In this document: one piece after another, positions 38,986 through 49,085 of the stretch
Layout of the letters: each line of letters begins with the position of its first letter
Position numbering within the stretch: position 1 is the stretch's first letter
NCBI GenBank assembly: GCA_965228895.1
Contig: OZ245842.1
Span: 2,560,001 to 2,624,000, forward strand
Source: Alphaproteobacteria bacterium
GTDB taxonomy: Bacteria; Pseudomonadota; Alphaproteobacteria; SP197
Direction: 5' to 3'
Length of the DNA: 64,000 bases
The notes under the pieces: generated by a model
What the model was told of the DNA's origin: nothing
Database searches by the model: none
Seen by the model: only the letters and a program-made list of their open reading frames with translations
Position numbers and translations under genes: made by a program

Positions 38986-39507
38986 TCAATGCCTCTGCAT
39001 CCTTGCTTCCAGCTGCTTGTACAGCGGGTGTGTTGTCCATGCCTCTCCGAAGAGCTCCTCGCCTTTGTGCAGGATGTCTGCAAGGCTCTCGCGTGGTGTC
39101 TCGTCCTTGATGCGATCGATCAGGTGCCCCTCAACCTTACCAATGATCTCATGGAACCCGCGTGCCGCCGTCCACTGCCCAGCCTTTAGTGCGCCCTCCT
39201 TAAGGGCCTCAGTCTCCGACACATACTGCTCCCTTGAGCGGATTACCTGGCCCGACACACCAGCCAATCTGAGCAGCGAAATCGCTAGGGCCACCTTAGG
39301 GCTGTGCTTTAGCCTCGCGGCCTCCACAGATACGCTCGCGTCACCCATGTTCTGAGCGTCATAGGCAAGCCTGTAAGCCTCGATATTCGCCTTGCCCTCC
39401 AAGAGAGCCGTCACAAACGCGACCTGCTTCTCGGTAAGCTCGGCAAGGACCGACAGATCCTCCTCTGTGATATCTGGGCTATGCGAGGGCTTGGCGTTCT
39501 GGGCCAC
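38986..39507 (-). CDS. terS: Terminase small subunit
   Basis: LTEKQVAFV...EAYRLAY...EAARL..SPKV pattern typical of Terminase_2-type proteins. Confidence 0.85.
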   Translation of the reverse strand: MAQNAKPSHSPDITEEDLSVLAELTEKQVAFVTALLEGKANIEAYRLAYDAQNMGDASVSVEAARLKHSPKVALAISLLRLAGVSGQVIRSREQYVSETEALKEGALKAGQWTAARGFHEIIGKVEGHLIDRIKDETPRESLADILHKGEELFGEAWTTHPLYKQLEARMQRH

Positions 39508-40003
39508 TTAAACTCTCCAACATCTTCACCCTGTCTACTGCGTCAAAGTATCCCGACATACACCGAAACACGTCATCCTCAGCTCTCTGGAGCGTCAGCC
39601 GATCTACGGCATGAAGATGCGCGGGTGTGTAGTCAGCAACATTCACAGGATGAGCTATGAGTGTGATGTCACCAAAAATACCGTCGTAACGCTCCCAGCG
39701 AATCTTGCTGTCGCGCACAGCGCCCGGCTTGGCCGCCCACCTTCGCGCCCTAGCAGCATGGCGCTCAGCAATGGCGCTCATAAGAGCTAGCAAGGGCTCA
39801 GCAATAAGCCCGTCGCGCTTACGACGGTTACACAGCGAACAGGCCAAAACCATGTTGCTTATATCGTCCTTCCCACCTCTAGCCAAAGGCACGACATGAT
39901 CAAGGTCCGACGCACCTGGTGCGCCACAGTATTGGCAGTTGCCGCCATAAGTCGAGATCAGCGCCGCCCTTAAGTCTTTATTCAGCGTCTTACGTTGTGC
40001 CAT
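39479..40003 (-). CDS. HNH endonuclease
   Basis: CQYCG...[10 protein letters not shown]...N...CSLCNRRK; adjacent to terS. Confidence 0.9.
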   Translation of the reverse strand: MAQRKTLNKDLRAALISTYGGNCQYCGAPGASDLDHVVPLARGGKDDISNMVLACSLCNRRKRDGLIAEPLLALMSAIAERHAARARRWAAKPGAVRDSKIRWERYDGIFGDITLIAHPVNVADYTPAHLHAVDRLTLQRAEDDVFRCMSGYFDAVDRVKMLESLSGPERQALA

Positions 40004-40057
40004 TTATCTTAAATAATTCGCCTAGTTAACCTTGAAAAGTTTACAGCCATCCCCATC

Positions 40058-40189
40058 TATAATGTATGGGCAACGGCATATAGCCAGCGCCAGCCGGGTT
40101 AGCCCCGGTGCCACGATCTGGGACGTGGCGAGCACCGAAATCCCGGTGACATTCCGTCATCGGGTAAGTCGGGAAGGGGGTGAGGCTCT
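40058..40189 (+). promoter_or_regulatory. TATAAT -10 box followed by structured 5' leader and strong SD
   Basis: TATAAT 40058-63; stems ccggg/cccgg, ggtgc/gcacc enclosing gccacg/cgtggc, cccggtgac/gtcatcggg; SD GGAAGGGGGTGA; no clean -35. Confidence 0.55.
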
Positions 40190-40264
40190 ATGCTGAAACT
40201 TCGTTTCCGGCTTAGGTGGCGGGGTAGGAAGATAACCTTGGTTATCAACCTAACCCTCACCTAG
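40190..40264 (+). CDS. 24-aa cationic amphipathic peptide (not in ORF track)
   Basis: MLKLRFRLRWRGRKITLVINLTLT with strong SD. Confidence 0.6.
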   Translation: MLKLRFRLRWRGRKITLVINLTLT

Positions 40265-40350
40265 TCGGTAGGCGGCGGCGTCCAAATGGCTATCAGGGCC
40301 GGGCGTCGCCGCCACGGCTGAATGTAAGCTCTCTAACACTTGAGTTCAAC

Positions 40351-40527
40351 ATGACACCTGAACAACTAGCAACCAAGGCCAGACGAGCATTTGGTGCCAA
40401 ATGGCAGTCCAAGCTAGCCAGGGCCTCCGGGTACTCTAAGTCCTACATCTCGCTCATTGTGGCGGGGCGCAGGAAGGTGCCCGATGAACTGGTGAAGCTG
40501 CTGGACGCAAAAACGCCCCAGCGGTGA
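40351..40527 (+). CDS. 58-aa XRE-family HTH protein (not in ORF track)
   Basis: MTPEQL...WQSKLARASGYSKSYISLIVAGRRKVP. Confidence 0.75.
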   Translation: MTPEQLATKARRAFGAKWQSKLARASGYSKSYISLIVAGRRKVPDELVKLLDAKTPQR

Positions 40528-40569
40528 GGCTGAGGCGCTAGACAGACTGAATGTACAGTACCCAAAATC

Positions 40570-41055
40570 CTACGCCCGGCATTCCAAGAAGTCAAGCTCG
40601 CGCTTGTGTAGCTCACGCTGCCCAGCCATAAACCGCCGATAGCGGGCCTCAAGCTCATCCTCGTCGATGATCTCCGCGTCAAGATCCAGGGCCGCCAACA
40701 CAACCGCCTCTTCGGCTTCTTCAACCCCCACTGTGAACCACTCACCCCGAAGGTTCTTGTCTGATAGCAACTCGTGGGCGCGCCTCTCTACCCGCTCAGA
40801 GACCAAACGCCCCACAAACCAAAAGAACGTGCCCAGCTCCAACTCGCGCCAGCTATCACACTGAATGCCCCGCAGCCTGCTCTCAGGGTTTTCTGCCATG
40901 CCTACTTTGCAGGGGCTGCCAAGCTCCTTGTCTCGAATGATGTAGACACAGTGATACTTCGAGTGCAGAGCAAACGCGAACGGCGTTAACGGGAAGCCAA
41001 ACTCATCAGTGTGTTTCCGGCCTCTACGCCCCAGCTCTAATTGCGCGTCGATCAT
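40570..41055 (-). CDS. GIY-YIG / T5orf172-like protein
   Basis: VYII...KVGMAENPESRL..IQ, VERRAH..L...RGEWF. Confidence 0.8.
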   Translation of the reverse strand: MIDAQLELGRRGRKHTDEFGFPLTPFAFALHSKYHCVYIIRDKELGSPCKVGMAENPESRLRGIQCDSWRELELGTFFWFVGRLVSERVERRAHELLSDKNLRGEWFTVGVEEAEEAVVLAALDLDAEIIDEDELEARYRRFMAGQRELHKRELDFLECRA

Positions 41056-41458
41056 TTTGCTCCTCGTCGTTTATCAGAACAGCCAGCCTTAGATAAATCT
41101 CCATGAGCCGCCGTCGCGCGGTAGACTCGGAAACCCCCATCATTTTGCCCAGCTCAAAGAGCGTGCGGCGGTTCGCCCTTGCCCACACCAACCTTGCCTC
41201 GTCCTGCGGCAAGAGCTGTAGCCACGGAACCGCCTCATCCATTCGATCAATCTCATCCGGAGAAGGTAGAATCCGGCTCTTCAGCGTTAGATCTCTTAGC
41301 GCGGCCTCTGTTGCGTACTTGTCCCACGGGTCGCGTATCCACTCCGGCCAATGCGTTCTATGGCCCATTGGCCCCCGAACAGGCGGCAAGCGGCGAAGCG
41401 TCCGTGCAGCCTCCTTCATCCTAACGGCTATCTCAGCTCCGGTGATGTCGTCACTCAT
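41024..41458 (-). CDS. DUF6362-like, sigma region 4-type late transcription regulator
   Basis: EAARTLRRLP...WPE...PSPDEIDRMDEA..WL..L...LVWARA...GVSESTARRR; Q-like position. Confidence 0.7.
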   Translation of the reverse strand: MSDDITGAEIAVRMKEAARTLRRLPPVRGPMGHRTHWPEWIRDPWDKYATEAALRDLTLKSRILPSPDEIDRMDEAVPWLQLLPQDEARLVWARANRRTLFELGKMMGVSESTARRRLMEIYLRLAVLINDEEQNDRRAIRAGA

Positions 41459-43520
41459 CGGGGCCTCCGCAGTTCGCCCGTATCGCGCGCCATTGGCTTT
41501 TCTTGTCGCGCTCCACCTCCCGCGCCAGCCTTGCTATCAACTCAAGGGCTTTGTCGGCTCGCATCACGTCGTCGCGATACTTCGAGTCTTCTGCCTCTTG
41601 GGCTATGCGTTGGAGTTCGTTCATTCGGGTGGCTCGCTAGGCAGTTTCCAATGCGTCGGTTGGGGCTCCATGTCGTCGCCACAACACGGGAAATACGCTC
41701 GGCCCTCGGTGTCGATGCAGCCGCCACCAACCTCAATCCATTCGGGGGACCAAAGTTCGAGGTTTACGCCGCGCGGCGCGTTCGCAATATCTTCTCGCCA
41801 GTCACTCATCGCTCATTGAACCCCCTGTGTATCAAGCACACCCAACTCTGCGCGAAGGGCCTCTTCTGACCCGGCCTCGCCCACCAGCCATCGGAGCACA
41901 TCAGCTATCGTGTGGCTGTCAGTGATAACGTGGTATTCGTCGCCCTGCGGTTCGGACACGAACTTCAAAAGCGGAGTCTTAATCTCCATCGTTAAACTCC
42001 ATCGCCATCATCTCGTGACCCAAGAAACCCTTCGAGTCTTCGATCAAGCTCTTGCTGCCATTGGTCTTGGTGCAGATGACAGTAACCGTTGTCCGTTGCG
42101 CAGTTCTTACATTGCCTATCGCGCCAGCCGTTTGAGCCACGGGCAATAACAATTGCCTTGCAAAGGCCGTCATCATCCATCGTTAAACTCCCGTATCCTC
42201 TTGCCACTCACCGCACCATTCATCGCCTGTGGTGAAGGGCCAAACACCGTCGTGTGCCGTGCCACCAGCCCACTCATAGGCTTTCAGTGAAGGTGCGTGA
42301 CGACGGCATTGAAATGAACCGCGCTGCGCACCCGCACCACGCCAAAACCGGCATGTTGCACAACACTCTGTCTTGTCCGGGCCTCTGTCAGACATCGTCA
42401 ACGATCCGCTCTACTTCTTCCCGCGTCACCTTGCCGGGATTCTCAATTTCCATCTCGCCGTATATCCAACTGATGCGCTGGGCTCGCTTCTCCTCTGGCG
42501 TCATCTTGTGATGTTTTGCCGCCTCCAAAAGTTCGTCGAGCTTTGGCCTGTCAGTCATTGGTTGTGTTCCCTGACTCTCCGGTGTGTTGGGCCAACTCAG
42601 CTTTGCCAGACGTGCAATTCGGGCATAGAACGATGTTGTCGAGGTTGTCTTTGCAACGGATGTAGCCGGTGTCAAAGCACGTCGCGCACGATGGCTTGCC
42701 CGCCCTCTCCAGCTTCGTTAGGCGCTCTTCAAGGTGTTTGACGACGCTTTCCAGATTCAGAAGCCTAGCCTCGTCTGTCATTCACCCTCTCCATCTTTGG
42801 TGGCGTGTGCAATGAGCGCCAGCAACGCTTCGGTATCGTCCACTTTCTCGAATTTCCATGGCCTGTTCTCGAGGACGCGCACCGCTTCATCTGGAGCCAG
42901 ACCGCCGCGCGAAGCCAACGTTTCAAGCGACTGACTGTGGTTCGCCTTGGCGCGTTCTTCGTGAGGAGCAAACAGCGACCACGGCAGGTAAATTCGCTTC
43001 GGCATCATGATCGGGAACTTGCGCTCACCCATTGCCGTTCTCCTTGGCCTCAGTACCTTGTCAGGTATTCGGGGTTGTTGAGCATGGCTTCGCGCTCCTC
43101 GACGTGTTTCTCCTTGGCCTCGTGTGCTTGGATGAGGGCTATGCAGAGGGCTAGGGCAGTGCATTTGCCGCCGCGCCCGTTGAGGCCGCCTTGGTATTCG
43201 GCAACACCCTCATCGTTGTCCGCCAGACAGCGCAGCCACGCCGAGTCTTCTTCGAGCGTCCACACCCACCCCTCCGGCACCAGTGACAGGGCGTCGTCTA
43301 CCGAGAAGCTGGGATGTGGCCGCGCTTCGTCTTCGTAAATCGGGCGACACATCGCGCCGTCGTACAAGCGAGGCTCCGGCGCGCTCCACCACGTCTCTTG
43401 GCCCTTGTCAGTGTGTGTCCACCCAAGCGCCAGCAACACCTCGTCAGACAAAGCGCGTGAGCCCGAAGGGGCGGCGTGGAGCCTTTGGAGGAGTGAGTTA
43501 GTCATAAGACGTGCCTCCAT
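41451..43520 (-). other. Cluster of small coupled nin-like ORFs (incl. DUF551-like and Cys-rich proteins)
   Basis: ORFs at 41451-41624, 41621-41809, 41813-41989, 41992-42180, 42183-42401, 42551-42781, 42778-43032, 43050-43520. Confidence 0.6.
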
Positions 43521-43960
43521 GTCCGCCGATTGAGCACAGAGGCGACGGCCGAATCAGAAACTTCGAAGTGGCGCGCTATTTCTCGTTTGGTGAACGACCC
43601 CGACATCTGCCTGATAGCGCGCACATCACACTCTTTTAGTTTTGCTCTTCCATGGTTCCTCCCCAAAGGTGGACGATGACGCCCCTTCCTCACCATATCT
43701 GCCATGTTTTCCAGTTTTATCCCCAAGAACAGATGCAAAGGGTTCACGCAGGCGGGGTTATCGCAACTGTGACAAACCTCAATCCCTTCGGGTATGGGGC
43801 CGCGCGCCACCTCATATGCAATCCTCGATGCGATCCGTGACTTGCCGTCACGCCAGAATCTCCCGTAGCCGCTGTTGAACAACGATAACTTCCAAGGCCA
43901 ACAGTCATCATCGCCACCGCGCTCGTAACTGCGCTCAAAACGTCTCAACCATTCATCCAT
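43502..43960 (-). CDS. HNH endonuclease with C-terminal HTH
   Basis: CWPW...GYG, CHSCDNPACVNPLHL...NMADMVRKGR. Confidence 0.9.
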   Translation of the reverse strand: MDEWLRRFERSYERGGDDDCWPWKLSLFNSGYGRFWRDGKSRIASRIAYEVARGPIPEGIEVCHSCDNPACVNPLHLFLGIKLENMADMVRKGRHRPPLGRNHGRAKLKECDVRAIRQMSGSFTKREIARHFEVSDSAVASVLNRRTWRHVL

Positions 43961-45322
43961 TAGCGTCTCCGTCGTCTGGGGCGGGCTTAGCGAACTGGAC
44001 AATGATGGGCGGCGGGTTCAGCGCTTTCTGTAAAATGATGGGGTCCATGAGCGCCGCGATGTGTTCGTCCTTCATGGCGATAACCTTGCGCAGGTGGTCA
44101 TTCTCTCGCTGCAATTCGTCGCGATGTCGCTCAATTGCCTTCCAATAATTTTCGGATGCGCTCAAGGCTCTACCCTCTCGTCTGCTGCCCAGGGGGCGCA
44201 TTCATACGGATAGAACTGATCGCAATTCGCACAACGCCAGCCGTAGTATTCTTCGCGCCAGTCGTGTCTCCACCCGCACTCGCGCGGCGCATTCTCCATG
44301 TCTGTGCGCCATGTCATGACAGCAACCACACAAGCGAAACAACGCCGAGCAAGACAATGAGCGCGCAAATGACTGTATCGGTGTGGCTCATGTCTCCGTC
44401 CCCACACTGACATAGACAGGGCCAAGCCAAAGAACGAAGCGCCCGAAATGCCCGCAGTCCCGGCCAACAAAACAGCCCCAAATTGGAAAGCGCATCGTGA
44501 ACGTCATGCCTTCTCTCCCACACTGACATCGGGGGCGTCCAATTCTGACTCGTGCATGGATAACGTGATGTTCCCGGCGCTAATGCTGACAACATCGAAG
44601 CCGCGCTTGCGGAGACGCTTAATGAGCTCTTCGGCTTCGGCAATATATCCAGAGTACGCGCCGCCCAAGGCACCCAACTCCAATTCTTCTGCCCTCTTAC
44701 CAAGGCGAAACTTGTCCAGCTTCCCATCAATACTGGCCCACACCTCCGCCAATGCTTTCACGTTCTCTGGCGCTTCTACGGGTGTGTTCATGGGGAGTCT
44801 CCGTAGATGGGGTGTTCAGTCCACAGCACGAAGTCGTCAGCCTCGTACACGTCGCCACGCTCAACCGCGTCGTGAAACTCCACCTCATCGAAGATGTCTG
44901 CGCCGCGCGACGGCCAGCACCACTTCTGCAACGGCTCACCATCGTCGTACTTCTCCACCCATCGGGCGGTTACCACCGTGTCGCACACGCCAAAGTCAGA
45001 TTGCGGACGGCAAACAACGATGGGCTCGCCGTCCTTGCGCGCTGTTTCAATTGGCTCCCAGTCCATATGTCTCTCTCCCGTGCTAGGCTGCGCTGTCTTC
45101 AAACTCGCTACCCGCAACCCAAACAGCCGAGCCGCCCGTAAACTCCATGTTCGCCCACTCGCAGCGGTAATAGGCCCTGCCGTCCGAGCCAGCGTTTCGC
45201 ACATAGCCCTGAGCACCCCACGGCTTTGGCTCCGACACCACCATCAGGCAGCCCGCGAAACGCTTGTCGTGTTCGGGATCGATCTGGACGATATCGCCCG
45301 GTTTGAGTTCGCATGGTTCCAT
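43953..45322 (-). other. Cluster of small hypothetical ORFs (incl. DUF551-like MDWEPIETARKDG)
   Basis: Tightly packed ORFs, e.g. 44504-44791, 44788-45066, 45083-45322. Confidence 0.55.
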
Positions 45323-45348
45323 CTCTCATCTCTCCCGTGGTGTGGGGG

Positions 45349-45906
45349 TTAGGCCATCAAGTTGGCTTTGACTTCGGCAAGCACTTCAGCAACTCGCGCC
45401 TTTTCCTCGTCAGTCGGCGGTGTCCATGGCTCGCGTTTCGGCTTGGCGTTGCCTTTTGCGATATGCTCGGCACGCCACAACTGAGCACGGCGCTCTTTCA
45501 ACAAGGGCTCGGCAATGGCCAGCAAGTCGGAAACGGCGGGCCACCACGGCTCGCTTCTGCGCCATACGTCCACGGCAGTTTGCAAGATGTCCGATGGGAT
45601 CTCCGACAAGTCCCGCTGGTAGTCCTCGAAGATGAGCTTCCATTGCCCGTCGGTGTGGCCCGGAACGTTTCGACAGTGCAGCTTCAGCCGTGCCAGAAGG
45701 GCCACCACCTCGCGGCTCTCGGCAGGCTCTAGCGCCGCCTCAATGCGGCACGCAGCCGCCTTGTAAGCCAGCCTGTCGTCGTCAGGGACGTCAGGACACT
45801 TCCACCGTTTGAACTCACCGTCGTGGTAGTCAGTGTTGTTCGCCAGCGATGACAGAATGTGCGGCTCGCATAAAGGCATCGTCTTCTGGGTTGGTAGGTT
45901 TTGCAC
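45349..45906 (-). CDS. Replication accessory protein (helicase loader/inhibitor-like)
   Basis: Follows initiator; Y..DLSEIP..IL..A...WRR...WWP..SDL. Confidence 0.6.
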   Translation of the reverse strand: MQNLPTQKTMPLCEPHILSSLANNTDYHDGEFKRWKCPDVPDDDRLAYKAAACRIEAALEPAESREVVALLARLKLHCRNVPGHTDGQWKLIFEDYQRDLSEIPSDILQTAVDVWRRSEPWWPAVSDLLAIAEPLLKERRAQLWRAEHIAKGNAKPKREPWTPPTDEEKARVAEVLAEVKANLMA

Positions 45907-46576
45907 CGCGTAGTCTCCTCGTTATCCAGGCGATAGGATCAACAGGCGTGTTCTTCTGCGCCTCAGCTATCGCCGCCATCGTCAGCTCGTCTCCAAACTC
46001 CGAACACCACTTGCCAGCAAGCGAACGCAGCCTGTCCTTCGGCTTGTCAGCAGCACCCGCCAACCACGTCAGGCCATCACCGAAAATCATCTCTCGGAAC
46101 GTCGGCGGCGAAGCGCCAGAACCGTTAGGTTCTGAATCTTTAGAGGGTATGGCTTCTGGCTTATGGGTCATGGGATGCCCATTGGGTAACCCATTGGGTG
46201 CGGACTTTTTTTGTTTGGTTTCAGCATCTTGCGGCCAACGCTTTCTTGCGTGTTTCTGGCCTTCTTTGGCTCTTTTCGCGTCGCGAACCATGCGACGGCT
46301 GTAGATGCGGCCTTTGCGATCTCGGGAGAAGATGCCCCATCGATCAAGCTCGTCCATGAGGGTTGCCGCCTCGGCAGCTGAGATGGCGGCGGCTTTTGCG
46401 ACACCATTCGCATCAAGGGGTTTGCCTCTAATGGCGAGATAACCTGTCGGCTCGGCTTTCGCGCAGATGCAAAGCATCCGCATCCACAGTCCTTGGGCAG
46501 CAAGTGAGCACTGCCTAAGACCTTCATCTGATTCCCAATCGGACCAGAAGAATTTCGACCATGATGTTCCACTCAC
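45830..46576 (-). CDS. Phage replication initiator (winged-helix, DUF1376-like)
   Basis: WSKFFWSDW.SD..LR.CSLAAQGLWMRMLC, IYSRRMVRD; internal iterons. Confidence 0.75.
   Translation of the reverse strand: MSGTSWSKFFWSDWESDEGLRQCSLAAQGLWMRMLCICAKAEPTGYLAIRGKPLDANGVAKAAAISAAEAATLMDELDRWGIFSRDRKGRIYSRRMVRDAKRAKEGQKHARKRWPQDAETKQKKSAPNGLPNGHPMTHKPEAIPSKDSEPNGSGASPPTFREMIFGDGLTWLAGAADKPKDRLRSLAGKWCSEFGDELTMAAIAEAQKNTPVDPIAWITRRLRGAKPTNPEDDAFMRAAHSVIAGEQH
46160..46222. other. Putative phage origin of replication (iterons inside initiator gene)
   Basis: CCCATTGGGT at 46178 and 46190, further ATGGG units, adjacent T-tract. Confidence 0.55.
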
Positions 46577-46932
46577 AAAACAACCTTCGTGTGCTTGCGC
46601 GAGTTACACGACTTGCAGAGTGTCTGGAGGTTGGCGGCAACAGTTTCGCCACCAAGTGCAACGGCAAAGATATGATCGACTGTCAGTCGGCGGCGCGCGC
46701 CGCATTCCTGGCATGTGAAGTCATCGCGCTCCCAAACTTCCCACCGCAATAACTCAGGAATGGGAGTCCGTTTTGCGCGCGGGTTTACTCGTGTGTTGAG
46801 GCAACGCAGCGGGATGCTGGTAGCTCGCCTGCCGTGCTGGTGCTGAGTAATGCGGACGACACCATTAGCGCCATACTGCTCAGTCGCAGCGCCGAGCAAT
46901 TCCCCCCTGACATCTTCCCAGAGCTTGCTCAC
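46573..46932 (-). CDS. HNH endonuclease
   Basis: VWERD.FTCQECG...LTVDHI...GG...NLQTLCKSCNSRK. Confidence 0.9.
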   Translation of the reverse strand: MSKLWEDVRGELLGAATEQYGANGVVRITQHQHGRRATSIPLRCLNTRVNPRAKRTPIPELLRWEVWERDDFTCQECGARRRLTVDHIFAVALGGETVAANLQTLCKSCNSRKHTKVVL

Positions 46933-47300
46933 TACGCCGCCTCCTCAATGCCGTACAGGGTGACGCCGCCGCCGTACTTGCGCTTGAAGAGGTTGTGCTC
47001 TTCCTCTTGGCAAATGAGGTATACGACAGCCTGGTAGACAGCGGGCAGAACGCCGTCATTATCGCGCTCGCACGCCCTGTTCCACTTCTCCAGCGCGTAC
47101 TTAACGGATGTGTGGTGAAGCCCCCACATGCGGGAGATGTCTATGGGGCGCATCTCGTAGTGGATGCGCATGACGCGCATGATGAGCCAGCGTGTCTCGG
47201 CACAGTCACGTTGCCGGTAGCCAGCCATGACGCGGCGCTTGTCCACCTCCATCTTTTCGCACGCGAGGTTAACGAGGAAGTCGAACTGTCGTTTGTTCAT
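46932..47300 (-). CDS. DnaA C-terminal-like HTH protein
   Basis: R..IM.VMR......DISRMWGLHHTSVKYA resembles DnaA domain IV (DHTTV). Confidence 0.7.
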   Translation of the reverse strand: MNKRQFDFLVNLACEKMEVDKRRVMAGYRQRDCAETRWLIMRVMRIHYEMRPIDISRMWGLHHTSVKYALEKWNRACERDNDGVLPAVYQAVVYLICQEEEHNLFKRKYGGGVTLYGIEEAA

Positions 47301-47680
47301 GACAACCCCCACACAGACACACTGCACGTCTTCTTCTTCTGCTCTGGGTGCTTTTCTACGGTGAGGTAGTCTACGTACCTGTCGTCGCGTATGACGCCGT
47401 GCATCTGGAGTGCATCCAAAATCGGCTTCAGTCTGTTGTCTGCGTCGGAGCGTCGGCATGTTGGAATGCGGACATGGACAGCAACAGCTGCCGGGAAGCC
47501 TCCCACACCAACAAAGGCCGGTGCCGCCTCCTTCTGCCAGGCAATGTAGCGTTTCGTCTTGACGCGGCCCCTGCCCGGCACGTTCCGGTAGATGGCGTTG
47601 ACGCTGGGGGGCAATGGCAGGTGCAGCATGAGGGCATCCGTCACCATCGGCATACCGACTAGGTGCTTTGCCACTGTCAT
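47297..47680 (-). CDS. RusA-like Holliday junction resolvase
   Basis: LPLPPSVNAIY, DADNRLKPILDAL, IRDDR. Confidence 0.85.
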   Translation of the reverse strand: MTVAKHLVGMPMVTDALMLHLPLPPSVNAIYRNVPGRGRVKTKRYIAWQKEAAPAFVGVGGFPAAVAVHVRIPTCRRSDADNRLKPILDALQMHGVIRDDRYVDYLTVEKHPEQKKKTCSVSVWGLS

Positions 47681-47972
47681 GCCGCCCTCGTGAGGTGTGG
47701 GGCGAGCCACCGACTATTGTCTAAGTCGCCGCCGGTGATGGCCATGACTGCTCGCCCTCCCCTTGCGGGGAACTGTGCGGGGCAGCAGGTGATGTAATGC
47801 GGCGGTTCGTCACCGCCCTGCAACTGCTGCCCCGCTAGCGTCCCGGAAGGGTGTACAGGACGCGAAAGAGTGGACGGCTGGCCGGGTTTGGGAGGGGCAA
47901 TAACCAGCCGCCCCGGCGTGACGAACGAATTGGAGGTGGGGTTTCTCCACTTTGCTGAACACGCCAAACTCA

Positions 47973-48299
47973 TCAAGCAGCGCTCCGCATTTCAGCGTCC
48001 TGCTTGTTCCATCCTGCGTTCCACATGTCGTAGTAGATGTGGCCGGGTATATGTGGGTTAGCCTTGAGGCTTTCGTTCCGATATCGAGCGGCCACGCCCA
48101 TCTGAAAGCGCATACCCAGGAAGCCTGTTGTGGGGCGGATGCCAAACTTGTAACGCGGGTAGTCGCGCTCTGCGGCAGCCTTGATGCGCTCGGCTGTCTC
48201 CAGTTTCCTGTAGGGGCCGCCCCAGCGTTTTTGATAGCCTTGGCCGTCGGCAAACAACACATAACCTTCGATGGGAAGTTCCATAGTTACCTCCGTCAT
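47973..48299 (-). CDS. Hypothetical protein
   Basis: ORF track; coupled to CII-like gene. Confidence 0.55.
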   Translation of the reverse strand: MTEVTMELPIEGYVLFADGQGYQKRWGGPYRKLETAERIKAAAERDYPRYKFGIRPTTGFLGMRFQMGVAARYRNESLKANPHIPGHIYYDMWNAGWNKQDAEMRSAA

Positions 48300-48775
48300 G
48301 CCACCACTCCAGGGCGGCGTTTCTGAACTTCATCAAGAACACGCTGCGCGGCGTCTACGGCTTCCCGCGCCTCTTTCTCAGCGCGCGTGTAGTCGGCGAA
48401 GTCGAACTGCTCCCTTCCTCGAATTACATCCACCGCCTCGCCCAACTCTTTCGCTGCGTCCAACAAGAGCTCGTCAAGGCTGGAAACATGCGGCGGCTTG
48501 TCGTCATTCGGGACTAGGCTATAGCCCTGTAACCGTGCTAAACTGCGGGTTACGGCGGGTTCGCCTATGTCCTGTTCCAAGTCCAACACAGCATCGATGG
48601 GTATGCAGTCGGACTTGTCCGGGTTGCCGTAGTTCGAGAGTGACGACTTCGAACGGTTCACCACCTGCGCGGCTGACTCACACCCGCCCGCCATCTTGAC
48701 GGCATGACGTGTTGCAGCTTTCAGCGCGTAGACTTGTTCCTCACGCCTCATTGGAATTTCTCCCGACTTGTCCAC
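48296..48775 (-). CDS. CII-like phage regulatory protein
   Basis: LKAATR..V...GG.E.AA....RSKSSLSNYGNP...IPID....LE; downstream of cro. Confidence 0.7.
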   Translation of the reverse strand: MDKSGEIPMRREEQVYALKAATRHAVKMAGGCESAAQVVNRSKSSLSNYGNPDKSDCIPIDAVLDLEQDIGEPAVTRSLARLQGYSLVPNDDKPPHVSSLDELLLDAAKELGEAVDVIRGREQFDFADYTRAEKEAREAVDAAQRVLDEVQKRRPGVVA

Positions 48776-49085
48776 TCGCCGAACAACCAGTCGGCGGGCA
48801 TATTCCCAATCATCGAGTCCGTTAAAAGCAGGTGAGATTTATGGGCGCACTTCTCTCTGTCGCTGAGCTGTGTTCCAGACTCGCCAAGGATGTCGCGAAG
48901 GCTGGGTTCGTCGGCCCGGTCGTATTTCCGTTGGCTATCCGTGCTCATGTGACCTCGCGCACGAAGGCCGCCGATCGCGGAACAAAAGGCGCACTTGGTG
49001 GAACGCTCGTGATAGAATTGGGACCAACCCACACAACGCGGGGGTTAACCCAATGGGAGAAGTTGTTTGTTTGGCGACACATAGG

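Noticed and set aside
40005-40050. CtrA box in the AT-rich divergent region
   Set aside because: TTAA half-sites are 13 bp apart, not 7
40067-40175. c-di-GMP-I riboswitch or HDV-like ribozyme
   Set aside because: Begins GGGCAA and has stacked stems, but lacks the GAAA tetraloop/receptor and the HDV L3 and J4/2 consensus; kept only as an unclassified structured leader
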